From the NCBI RefSeq assembly GCF_006345805.1, contig NC_043000.1:156116001-156180000 (forward strand): a DNA stretch of 64,000 bases, written 5' to 3'. The stretch is from Octopus sinensis. Lineage: Eukaryota. The notes beneath the pieces were generated by a model. It did not search any database. It was not told the DNA's origin and saw only the letters and a list, made by a program, of their open reading frames with translations. This document shows positions 1 through 13,300 of the stretch, in pieces (position 1 is the first letter of the stretch; every line of letters starts with the position of its first letter). The position numbers were made by a program, and so were the translations under genes.

Positions 1-558
1 CAGTACGGTGGTCTAGATCCTTACGGCCGTTTCTAATCGTTAATTTCCCAGAAGGTAGACAGGTAAGACAAAACCACGAAAAACTACTTAAATGTTGATG
101 TTCAGCTCCAGGTCATCTCTGATTGAGCAAAACCTATGATCAACGACATTCCATCCATAACCATCTCGTTTTTGTATTTGTGGGGAATCGAGAATCACAT
201 TGCACTTTTCTTAGATGGTAGGGTATGATTTTTAGGAAGATTTGGTTGCTATTTCTAACTAGTCGAGTGACCACGTAAAGGCTTTATAGAACATTTATTG
301 ATATTTGATAAGTTCTACTCTATGGTATCAAATGGTGTATCCTGTAAATAAACAGGGTCACAAGAGGATTACTGGAGACGAAGTCTTCTGTGATATTTCT
401 AGAGCAAGTTAGCAGTGCATCGTCTACATTTAAGCTAGTTTACTATTTGAAATAAAGATTGTACGGCAAGGAAACAGTGCTCAGTAATACAGTACAGCCA
501 TTATATATACATATACATATATATATATAGCGATAAAGTTTTCGTCTATCTAGTTTTA

Positions 559-789
559 TATTTCTTTATTGCCCTCAAGGGGCTCAACATAGAGGGGACA
601 AACAAGGACAGACAAAGGGATTAAGTCGATTACATAGACCCCAGTGCGCAACTGGTACTTTATTTATCGATCCCGAAAGGATGAAAGGCAAAGTCGACCT
701 CGGCGGAATTTGAACTCAGAACGTAACGGCAGACGAAATACCGCTACGCATTTCGCCCGTCGTGCTAACGTTTCTGCTAACTCGCCGCC
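559..789 (-). mobile_element. tRNA-derived SINE, family A
   Basis: Head GGCGGCGAGTTAGCAGAAAC, B-box GAGTTCAAATTCC, tail ...AAAGAAATA; TAGTTTTA flanking duplication. Confidence 0.85.
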
Positions 790-1087
790 TTTTAGTTTTA
801 GGTGTGCGAACCAGACTGTTTATTATTTTTCGGCCACAGTCATAAAGTAGAACTGGAAACTGGATCAGAGAAGAACCAGTGAGAGGTAGTTGTTCTAATT
901 GCAAGAAATAAATCAAATTTCTTTCATAAAATTGAGACAGTGGATAACATTGTTCTAAATTAGATGATGTAGTCCTGCAATAAGGACAGAATGGTCACTG
1001 TTATAATTCCTTCGACCAGAGACTAAACTGCTACCAATTAGAACCACTGACTCTTCGGTTGGTATTCCAACAACTTGTGTATATACA

Positions 1088-1386
1088 TCTATATATATAA
1101 AACTGAAGTTGTGTGGTGTCTGTCTCCTACGATTTAGATTCCTTACTCCCACATTTTGCAGTGCAGTTTAACCAAAACCGGGTATCTTATAGTCGTCATT
1201 CATATCGAGCCTTCTGGGTATTAGCGCGCGTCTACGATGAGTCTACGATTTAAAAAAAAAATTACCATAATTTTTTTTCCATTTTTAATGCATTTTTTCG
1301 CTATTATATAAGGGAAGTAACTCTCTAAAAATGCTTATATAGTTATTTCCCTTACAAACCCGAGCAACGCCGGGCGATACTGCTAG
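1088..1386 (+). mobile_element. Non-autonomous Helitron, family H1 (copy 1)
   Basis: A^TC...CTAG^T; subterminal hairpin CCCG-AGCAACGC-CGGG at 1359-1374; homologous to 43867 and 59542. Confidence 0.8.
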
Positions 1387-1483
1387 TTTATCTATACATG
1401 TATGTATGTAGATTTTGAAGCTTTGAATAACGTGTTCAAGATCTGTATATTCTACTCTCTTTTCTTTTTTCTTGCTATTCTAG

Positions 1484-1602
1484 GTGCGTCAAGCATTTCG
1501 GAACATACGCCGAGCCTTACCTGAGGTGTTCAACATCTTTGTTCTCTTCAGCCTCACACTCTGTCTCTTCAGTCTTTTAGCGCTGAAACTTTACGCTCAC
1601 AG
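1484..1602 (+). CDS. TPCN3: TPC3 exon: IS4-S5 linker and IS5 ([39 protein letters not shown])
   Basis: Polypyrimidine tract + TAG acceptor; GTATGT donor at 1603; phase 0 to 2. Confidence 0.92.
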
Positions 1603-4331
1603 GTATGTGAACTACTTCTTGGGCTTTCCATATTTCTATTTCTTTACTACTCACAAGAGGACAAACAAGGACAGACGTACAAGGATTATATCGACCCCAG
1701 TGCGCAACTGGTACTTATTTAATCGACCCCGAAAGGATGAAAGGCAAAGTCGACCTCGGCGGAATTTGAACTCAGAACGTAGCGGTAGACGAAATACCTA
1801 TTTCGTTACTACCCACAAGGGGCCAAACACAGAGAGGACAAACAAGGACAGACAAACGGATTAAGTCGATTACATCGACCCCAGTACGTAACTGGTACTT
1901 ATTTAATCGACGTCGAAAGGATGAAAGGCAAAGTCGACTTTGGCAGAATTTGAACTCAGAACGTACCGGCAGACGAAATACTGCTAAGCATTTCACCCGG
2001 CGTGCTAACGGTTCTGCTAGCTCGCCGCTTTATATTTCTTTATAAGATACTATTAATTAGTGTTATTACACAAAGGACTGCATTATAGGAATAGAGAAGG
2101 GGTGGTAAACTGGTAGAAACAGGAAAGGAGTGACTCTAAAACAGTGCACCGTATGGGCTGTATAGAGGTGCCGCAGATTATTAAAAAACCTGACGTAATG
2201 CTTTAGAAAGTGATTAATTGAAAAACGTATTATTTACAATTTCTTTATGCACAAATTGCTGCAGACATGGTTGACTTGTTAAAATGTTCTATTCGCAACT
2301 GTGAGTTCACCTGTTCCATCTCACTGTATAACATCTTGGACAAGTACCTTTACCAGAAACACACTCTGTTAATGAACATCAAGCTACTGACCGCTGATTA
2401 TCCAGATACATTATCCTTGGCCTAGTTGTCCCTCACAAACAAGGGCAGGGAATTATTTAAGATAAACTTACTTGGAAGGGGATGCGTGGCGTTCGATCAT
2501 ATAATAGCAAAATAATAGATAAAAAATATGCTTATATACATACATATATGTACATACCTACATCTATATGTATATATACATGCATATAAGGGTACAAGAT
2601 ACAAAAAAAAAACTAGAACACAATGAGAAACGAAAACATAAAAACAAAAACATGGAAACGGACTTTTTTCAAACAACGAAAAACCAGAGTACAAGACATA
2701 CAACACAAGGAATATTCCCCTTCTTCAGTTGCCCATGTTTCGACTACTCCGGGTTTCGGCCCACACATATTGATCATCATACAACCTAAATTGTAACCCA
2801 ACACCATTGAATTTGGTCACTCCGAATTTAAAAAAAGAAAAAGACTATGACCGCTTCTCCAGACACTGAACGACAATTGAGCTGACACATACCTATTTCT
2901 TTATTACCTACAAGGGACTAAACACAGAGGGAACAAACAAGGACAGACATAGGTATTAATTCGATTACATCAACCCCAGTGCGTAACTGGTACTTAATTT
3001 ATCGACCCCGAAAGGATGAAAGGCAAAGTCGACCTCGGCGGAATTTGAACTCACAACGTAACGGCAGACGAAATACCGCTAAGCATTTCGCCCAGCGCGC
3101 TAGCTTCTGCCAGCTCGCTCACTCTACCATGAACAGTATCGATACAAGGAACTGATGTCGCTGATTATTCTATACTGCTGCCTGTCGTCAAAGTGGTGCA
3201 GACATCCTACCAACACCCTGCCTGGACACGTGAGCTTAAAAATAAGCAAAATAGCTGCACTTGAGCTGACCAATAGAAGCCAACTTGAATTTCTCTCAAA
3301 TCTCTCCCTCTTCTCCTCACATCTGATAAGACACATGTCTCTTACCTTTTAAATCGTGTAGAGCTGAGTCAAACTATTATCAAAAATATATATAAATTCC
3401 TACCATGTGTTAAACGGTACTTTCTTCCATATGTGCACTCACTCGTGTGTATGTATATATATATAATATATATATATATAATATATATATAATATATATA
3501 TATATATACATACTTGGATGGAATTTATAAACATCTATTGCATCGTTACGTGCGTAGCGATGCAGTAAATGTTTATATATTTAATCCAAGGATTATTATT
3601 ATGTTTATCCTACATTATATCGGTACGGCTCGACACAACCACAAAAATCTGGGTCACTAGTCAGCATCATTAGACTGTGGCCGGCATTATATAATAAAAG
3701 CTTTATTTGCATATTCAAAACGTTTATCGTAAACACATTTAAAAGATGTGTTGTGTGTGTGTGAAGATTGTGTGAAAAAATCCCAGACAGTTTGATGATC
3801 GGGAAAAATGAAAGTCTTCGACGTTTCGAGCTTACGCTCTTCTTCAAAAAGGAAGGAGGAGAGAGAATAGATGGAAAGAGGAAAACACGTGTCTGGATTA
3901 ATCATCTTTGATGTCTTTTGCCTTACAGCACAGGGTTTCACGTATTCACGTTTCTTCAGGCGACATGCATCACAACCATATATGCGAAACATGGTGATCT
4001 CATATCACGATGAACTGCGCGTGACCTTGCAGGTGGGGCCCAGTTAGAATTTTTTTCAGGTCCCGCTGAAAAGGTCCTTGAATATGAATTGTTCAAGGAT
4101 GTTGAACGAAACACCCATGTTTCCAAAGGTGAATTATCCAAGCCCCAAAGGATTCCTTTCAACACATGGCTATGATGCTCCCCCATTACTTCTGCTCGTG
4201 ATCAGTGATACACATATTGTCAGTCACTAAGGGACATGCTCAACTGGTTAAGGTCAAACAACTGACAAGCAAATTTGTGGTATTGAGCAGAATATTTGTC
4301 GTCGCCCATCTTATTGATATTATTTTTAAAA

Positions 4332-4368
<37 letters not shown>

Positions 4369-7300
4369 TATTACTTTTCTTATATTTTTGAATTCGACAG
4401 CTATATGAAAAGAGATACTTCATAGCATATTACTTTTGTTGTATCGACAGACATTTGCATTTCCCCGATGGAACGCCATATTTTACGAATTATATCGAAA
4501 GTATCTGGCAATTATACGTCTTGGTGACGACAGCCAATAACCCTGATGTTATGTAAGTAGATATATCTTCTAATAAATTTTATTTGCTCCGTACTTAGAA
4601 TCGATTCTCTTATAATTCCTTCTAGTCCTCCTGGAAAATGTCAATATCTAGTTAGATACCTTACTTAACTTCTTGTACATTCATATCCCATAGTGGTGTA
4701 TTTTATAAATCTCTCTCTTATCTATAAAATATAAGACAATGTCAAACACGAAGTAAAAAATATCCTACTCTCCTGAAATTGTAGCTATATCTCACAAAAA
4801 AAAAGGAAACTAAAGTTAAGGAGATTAATTTTCAAAGTGAATCTCTACGGAAACGAAATACTTATCGTTAATATTTGGTATATCAGGAAGAGCCTGTGGC
4901 AGACTGTAATACTTTAGTTTCAGGGGATAAAATAGGCGAGGGATATCGGTTTGTAATACAATAATGGCACCGTCCGAGAGATTACTTTTGTCTTTCCTTA
5001 TAAACAGAATGAAGAGTAGCCATGCTTTTTCTATTGTTTCCTTCGTAATTACGTACTCATGGCGATAGCGTAGAAACATCTTTGGGGTGAACTTCGCCCT
5101 GTAAAAGATTAAGTCACCGTCAGCCGAAACCTGATTTCGATTTTCGTCTGAAGTCAATTCATTTCATTTTCGTTGCTAACACCTCAGAGAAATGTATAAA
5201 CATTATAGCAAGCCATTTCTCCTCATTCTAATATGAGGTCTTGTTACTTACTTAAAAAGAATATTTTATGTAGCTTGGTGTGCTGAACTGGTTATTTTAT
5301 TGTATTGAGTTCGCTAACTGAGATCGATAAAATATCTATCGTAATATATTGGAATTGCTTCATCACAATATATTTCCCTTGGCACCATGATCAAAAGAAA
5401 TCAATATATAATATATCGAGAGAAGTTTAGGTGATAGATACAGTATATCTCTGGATTGATTATTTAAGTTAGTGCAGAATTTAATAATTCTAAGTTTAAA
5501 AAATCTCCCCTTGATCACAGCACCATTGCAGTAACGAGGTTGAAGCAAATGAAAGCATTTCTTTACAGTATACAAATTTATAGATCGTAAACGAAACTGC
5601 ATATATGCTCCATAAATGATCAGAGAAAATTAGAGGAAGGTAAACACTCCGAGAATCGGGGGAATAGAGAGATGCATTTAATCGATCCGAAGTTTGAATA
5701 TGATAAAAATGATGACTTCTAATTTGTTGATGGTAAAAGTAATATAAATAAGTGGAGGCGCAATGGCCCAGTGGTTAGGGCAGCAGACTCGCGGTCATAG
5801 GATCGCGGTTTCGATTCCCAGACCGGGCGTTGTGAGTGTTTATTGAGCGAAAACACCTAAAGCTCCACGAGGCTCTGGCAGGGGATGGTGGTGATCCCTG
5901 CTGTACTCTTTCACCACAACTTTCTCTCACTCTTACTTCCTGTTTCTGTTGTACCTGTATTTCAAAGGGCCGACCTTGTCACTCTCTGTGTCACGCTGAA
6001 TATCCCCGAGAACTACGTTAAGGGTACATGTGTCTGTGGAGTGCTCAGCCACTTACACGTTAATTTCACGAGCAGGCTGTTCCGTTGATTCGGATCAACC
6101 GGAACCCTCGTCGTCGTAACCGACGGAGTGCTTCCTATCTTAATATAAATAAGTTCCGAAGGCCATACAACCGCCTTGAGATAAAAAAATAAGGTTTCAG
6201 CATTAATGAATGTACTTTTTTTTTATATTTTCAGGATGCCAGCCTATGATTTCAGTAACTGGGAGGCACTATTCTTCATCATAGTTCTACTTGTTCTTCT
6301 TTACATCTTCATGAGTATTGTCCTTGCTGCTATCTACAACAGTTACCGCGACAATCTCAAAGTAAGTAATTGTCACAATTTGTTTAAATATATGTAACCT
6401 ATTTCTTTATTACCCACAAGAGGCTAAACATAGAGGGGACAAACAAGGACAGACATAGGTATCAAGTCGATTACATCGACCCCAGTTCGTAACTGGTACT
6501 TAATTTATCGACCCCGAAAGGATGAAAGGCAAAGTCGACCTCGGCGGAATTTGAACTCAGAACGTAATGGCAGACGAAATACCGCTAAGCATTTCGCCCG
6601 GCGTGCTAACGTTTCTGCCAGCTCGCCGCCTTAAAATACATGTAACCGTATCTTGGTTGTGAGATTTGGTGCGCCAGGGCTGCCAAAATGCCCTTGCGGA
6701 CCAAATTCTGAGTTCAAATGTCGACGCAGTCGACTTCGCTTTTCATCCTTTCGGGATTGATGAAATAAAGTACCAGACGATTTCTAGTCTCGATAAGTCG
6801 ATTAATCTCCTTCTCCAAAAACTGCTAACCTTGTACCAAAATTTGAAACAATTATCATAAAGGTTGTGGACTGGCAGATTCGTTAGAGTATCCGCAAAAT
6901 GCTTTACATTATTTTTTCTGGCTCTTTGCCTTCGGGGTTCAACACCCATTGATTTCAGCTTTGCCTTTCACCCCACCATGGTGTCAATAAAATAAAGTAG
7001 CAGTCGAATGCTGAGCTCGACGGTATCGATTAACCCCACTCCTTTAAAATTTAAGCCTGTTCTAGAAACAATTATTTGCAACTCTGTTGGTACATTTTTA
7101 AAAGTAATCTTTGCTCCATATCATTTTTCAAGGACTTCTTTTATTTTCCAAGTTACCCTGTCAACCCCGTTTAACATGTTATATATAACATTTTAAATAT
7201 CTAATTTTCTCTACACTTGAAAATTCTTTTCTCTTTCTTGTTTGTTTCTTTTTATATATTGTCGTCAGAACGAAGTAAAAGATGTGGTGTATGGCAAAAG

Positions 7301-10300
7301 ACAGAGGTTAAAGAGAGCTTTTGAAATTTTGAAAGTAACCCAAAACGGTCAATTTGTAATAACCAAAGTGCAGTGGATGAAACTGATGACCTACGTCCTG
7401 CCCAAGCGAAGTGTGCAACAGCATGAATTGCTACTGAAGGTACTTGACACTGACAAAGATGGAACTATCAGTGAGTGCCAATACTCTCCTTACCCCGTCC
7501 TACACACTTCTTAAAATCTCCTTCCCCCACCCATTCTACCCATTTTGTTTTAAACGTTATTCTCTATCCCATTGATTGCAGCAATAGATTTTGATTATAT
7601 TTTTGTCAGCGTTTAATTTTATCTCTTGAACCCTTTCAAATAAAAATTATCTAATTTAAACAATATTCTTGAATAACTCAGCATCATTCTCTGTTCCACA
7701 AATTTAGCTGCAAATTGTTTCGTCCACTCTATGAATATCTCGGATAAATATTATCCTTTCTTCGCAATTCAGAAAGTCACTATCCAAACACAGATTTGCG
7801 AGCGCTCCAAAGCAGCAGGAATATTTTAACACATTTCATTTATTTCCAGTTTCACCAACTTTCCTAATGGTTTTGGGAAAGGCGTAGATACCCTCTTTCT
7901 GTCTATTCTTCAGTATAAAATTGAAGTATGTAAATTAACTTTGAGAGATTAAGTCTTAATTGCTAGAAATTATTCCCTTTTCTTTAAGAGTCGCTGACAT
8001 CTGCCGCTGGTTTTGCTTTCTTTCCTCAATTACGATAGAAGTTTCAATTAATCAATAATTATTTCCCTTAGCTCAATTTATTCTATAAATTTAAAATATT
8101 TACTTTTCTGCAAGAAACCATCTTTATGGATATTACAAGGAGGAAAAGTTTCTATGGAGGATTTTATTATGAGTAAATTTTGCCATTTCAAATGATACCG
8201 GAATTAAAACTATCCTCGAAGTGACGAGGGATAGCGACTCCAAGAATGTTACAAATGATTGTTGTATACAGTAGAAATAAGCACTTTCCTATTTCCATGA
8301 CAAATCACACCCAATTTATTTTTTAGCTTGAAATGACATCGTATTTCCGTGTTTCCCTTTCCAGAAATGAACCAATTTTTAAAAGTTGCCGATCTGCTTC
8401 AGCTTCCGTTGACAGAGGTGAAAGACAGAATGTCATTTATGGAGACCCATTGTGCGACGATGTACAACAGTTACATCAGTAACGTTATTAAGGTGGCTGT
8501 AAGACACAGGTGAGTCACTAATTATATAAGTTGGCATTAGTGAAATGTTAATGCTATTACCGGTTTATATCAGCAGCAAATATGTGGAGGATGGGGTTCG
8601 AAATATTGGAGAAGAGGTAAAATGAAAGAAAGAAAGAAAGACGACAGGTGATAAAAGAACGAGAATGGGGTGGAAAGGAAATGAAGAACTAGAATGTTAA
8701 GGTCTTCTAATATAACTGTTTTATTGAAGCGAACATAGTTTCTCTTGTTCTTGACTATCACTAATTCATAACATTTGCTCATTTAGCTATTTAACTAGTG
8801 CTATCATAAGACTGTGGATATAAACAGTAGGGAACCGGGGTGGTTATTTTATACTGTATACTTTTTGTTGCTTCAAGTTGAGTTCAGTTCTGAAGTTGAT
8901 AACTTATATGCTTATATTATATCGGGAACGATTCAATCTACGAGGGGGTGCTGAAAAGTTCCTGGTTTTAAGGGTGTCGCAAAAGGCCAGGTTAAAGGTC
9001 CAACCTTCCGAGTTCTTTTACAGGGCTTAGAAAAACTGAAGGATCACTGTAATAAGTGTGCGAATCTGAGAGAGGAATATGTTTAATAAAAACATAATCA
9101 ATTGCTCCTCCTGTATTTTCTTTTACTCAAATCCTCGTAATATATTCCCCAATTTACAAAATTTTACTTTGCACTAAATATGTTCCTTATTTATAATTCT
9201 TATATAATGACCTTTCCTTGTTTATAGTAACTATAGAAACACTAATTCCAACCTTGTGTGTAATTTTCTGTTACTAACAACACAAGTTTTCCAAAATGTA
9301 CAAAATAAATTTTCAGAACATTATTCATTTCTCTTAATGTATTCAATATTAAATAATTAAATATCTGTCTCTTTCTCTTGCTTCTTCCCCCTCTTTAATT
9401 GTTACAGATTTTTCCGTTGGTTTTTTGATGCATTGATTTTCGTTAATGCTTGGATAATTGGGTTTGATATTGACGAAGCTGATTGGTTTTTCCTATCTAT
9501 ATTTATGTTTGAAATTTTGTTGAAACTCTACGTGTTTGGAGTAAAGAAATTCTTCCGACTATTCTGGAATATGTAAGTAACGAAAGTTTTGTTTCTTTTG
9601 GTTAGTTTCTATTGTTTTATATTTCCAGAAAAATATCAATTTTCTTTTTTTATTTTTAACCAGAGAAGATCACAACATGCTGAGTCTATCGAAGAATCAG
9701 TGGACTCTGTCTTGTAACAATCGTTGCATTGCATCTGCAGTAAAGGTCTGAAACTCTCAAATAGTCTACTGTAGCTAATTGTAAATTAGTTACACAAGAT
9801 AAATGCGGGCGTGGCTGTGTTGTAAGAAGCTTGCTTCCTAACCAGACGGTTCCGTGTTCAATCCCATTGTATGGCGCCTTGGGCAGGTGTCTTGTATAAC
9901 CCCGGCCCAACCAAATGCTTGTGAGTAGATTTGGTAGACGGAAACTGAAAGAAACCTATATGTGTATGTGTGTTTGTCTTTGACCCTCTACCACCGTTTG
10001 ACAACCGGTATTCGTGTGTTTACATCCCCGTAAATTTGCGGATCGGCAAAAGTGACCGATGGAATAAGTACTGGGATCGATTCATCTGACTAACAATTCT
10101 CCAAAGCAGTGCTTCAGCGTGGCCGCAGTCTGACTGAAACGAGTAAAAGAAAAGACAGAAGATAAAGACTCTGCAGTGATAATGATAAACTGCAGGGGGC
10201 GCTGTACATCTGTTCCTTCGGTATACATCTTTTCCTGAACATCTGTACCCCGGAAACTTACGTACTACGTTAAGCAGATTTGTCCCAGATACAGTAGATA

Positions 10301-13300
10301 ATTAAAAGAAAAAAATATTCCTTAGTGGTTGCCCATAATTTAGTAAGGTGGAAAAAATAGGTTTACTATCCCAGAGAGAAAAGTAAGTTCATATCTGAAG
10401 GTGCGTAACAGATCCATTGCACGTTTGTGTCATCTTGATTTTTTTTTCTCATGGTGATATTAAGAAGCAATCGTCACTCGCGAACGAGTGATAATATGTA
10501 CCAGGCTTTCGTTAATTGTTTTAGGTGCCTATGTAATCGCGAGCAAACAGGGATACCTTTAAAACTCTCGCACCTTTTCGATTCTGGGATACATTCAGGA
10601 GGTGGCATCTGGAGATAGAGCTGCACTAGCATTAGATTGGTACTCATTTTTACCTAAGTAGACTGGAGTAGTGTGAAATGAAATGCCAGTATACAACGCG
10701 CCGGCCAGTTGAGGAATTGAACCTAAGGCCATAAGATTACGAGCCGAAAACCGTAACAACTAGACTGCGTGTCTTCATTGAGATGATGATACAAATGGAA
10801 GCGTTACATTGAATGCCATAGTCTGTCGATGATTCTCAATATTTTTGATTCTGTGACATAGGGGAAATCAAGGTAAAAATTACTGACTCACTTCGCTGTT
10901 GTGATCTTTTAAAATAAAAGGTGTTTTAAAGTGAAAAAAAATGTGGTAAAGAATATGGGAGGACTATTGCTTATCTCGTTTTGTTAACCACATATTCTTT
11001 CACTGTTTTTTTTTCTATGTTTGTTTCATTCATTGGCCTGCAGCCATTCTAGGGCACCGGTGAAAGGTTTGGAGGATCATATCGCCCATAGCACTTATTT
11101 TAATTCAAGTACTTCTTTTATCAATCTCTTATTTGATGGATCACATAATCTATCGCATAGGTTCACGACAAGCACAAGATAGGTGGTTCGAGTCACGCTA
11201 GCGTATATATTTCTATTTTCTCTGTCTCAGAACGGTTATTATAATATCTAATATCTAATAGGCAAATTATACATAATCTAGCTAAGTTTACATATTTTCA
11301 AACAATCTATTTCAGATTTGACTTCTTCGTCATCATTGGTGCTTTGTGCTTCACAATATACGACTTCATAGAATCTGAAGGTGAGCTAAATTCATCCACA
11401 CGGCTAATTCTTTAAAGGTGTTCGTTGTGTGACTTCGAAATACACTTATATATCAATTGATCTACAATCTGAGTGTATATGTATATTTGTGCTTATTTCT
11501 ATGCATTAATATCTAATGTTTGTTTTTCTGAAAATGTATTGTAAATATTCATGGCACTGTTTAGAACCAAGTCAGCCTTGATCGAGCAAGCCTATGACTG
11601 AAAGTGCTCCAGCATGAGCATTTTGTTCGTCCTTCGTTATATTCTCTTAAGATGGTTAAGTATGGACTGTGCGAAATCTTATATTGGTTTAAAATTTGGG
11701 CACAAGGTCAGCAATTTTGGGTGACGGGGTAAGTTGATTACCTCGACATCAGTGTTAATCGACTTATCCTGTCCCCCGAAATCGCTGGCCTTGTGCCAAA
11801 ATGGATCTAGTGTTGAGTTTAGACTTGGTTAAGCCCTGAATCATATAGAACTTACCAAAAACCTACCTCTGAAGGTCTCAAGAATTTTAAATAATATTTT
11901 TGTCTTTTATCCGTTTTAAGTCTCCCAGTGTATTGTGAGATCCTAAGCTTATGCTGAAAGCCGGCACTGTACAGATCGATCGCCTTATCAATCACCTGTT
12001 GTTGAAGCCCAAGTCAGTTCTTATCAAACAAAGCAGACGTATGATCAAAAACGTTCCAGCCGTGGCATCCCGTCTTTTACTCGACACTGGATCTAAAGAG
12101 GAATCGCTGAAAGTCGTCTTTGTATATTCTTTGTTTCATTATAGCGTTCGTGGATTCGGAATAATAATTGATTACATTGGCATTAAGACAGGTATGTGTA
12201 GGGGACAGAGTAATTTATTGAATCAACAACGTGTATGACAGGTATTGATTTTATTTGCCCACAAAGGAAGAGAAAGACAAAATTGCCTCTGACTGGTCTT
12301 GAACTCAGAACCTTGTTTTTGTTGTTGCTGCTGTTGTTGCTTGGTATTAGGTCCATTCAATCAGGGTAGAATTACGATAAAAGATAACCCAGCTGTGACT
12401 GAACTGTTTCTTCATAGAATCTCTCTTTCTCTCTCTCACACACACTCACTCACGCACACACACACATCTGTGCTCACATTGAATACATGTAACGGCTCCA
12501 TTTGGGAAGAAAAGAAAATTCTTTGAAATATTCTTTGATGTCTTCAACGAAACGAATTCTATGTTATTACAATAATAGCTTCGCAAATATACTAATTAAT
12601 AAAATGATGTAATACGGTGTTACGCATACATCTAGGAACACGTTATTCGATGATAACCTGAGATGAAATCGATTGATTGTAGTGTCGATATTAAAAGGAA
12701 TTATCTCTACAAGGATTATGATTATAGCCTAAACAATTATATTCGTTTTAAAAATTTTATCTCCGGTTTTTAGACATTTAAAGCAGCAGAATTCTCAAGT
12801 TTATTAAGACTATTATTATCTATGCACTTCGAGGATATCTTTGTTATTTTGAATATTTTTCAGAACAAAATAATTCCTATATTTTGGATTTATTTTTGGT
12901 AATGAGAGTCCTGCGGCTTTTCAAGACTTTTGCTAACATTAAAAGGTGAGTGCATCTTTTGTATTATGTGTGTTGAGTTTATAGACATTCTTGCACCATG
13001 GCAACACCACGCTCAATATAATAAATCGTCTTTAACTCTGTCGTTGATTATATATATATATATATATATAAAGGAAATGAAGAAAATGCTGACAAAATAA
13101 TTTAAGTAAGGGAGAGTGTATTTGATTAGGTGAAAGTTCTTTTTACCGGTTGCGCATTTGTTATGCTCATCAAAAGATATTTTTTTAAAGAGAGATAGAG
13201 TTCCTTTCTGATAGATTTTTTTCTAGAGAAAAAAATCTATCAGAAAGGAACTCTATCTCTCTTTAAAAATATATCTTTTGATGAGCATAACAAATGCGCA

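Noticed and set aside
1-1483. Upstream TPC3 exons (IS1-IS4)
   Set aside because: No matching coding segment found; they must lie before the window.
4825-5157. 110-aa ORF on the - strand in an intron
   Set aside because: No recognisable homology.
5754-5830. tRNA genes at SINE heads (also 20841, 26771)
   Set aside because: A/B boxes are present, but they run straight into SINE bodies and no complete cloverleaf is evident.
7670-7860. Possible Helitron Rep remnant ([26 protein letters not shown], - strand)
   Set aside because: Only faint resemblance to the IDxIISAEIPD..DPELFEIV motif; the catalytic HUH motif is not seen.
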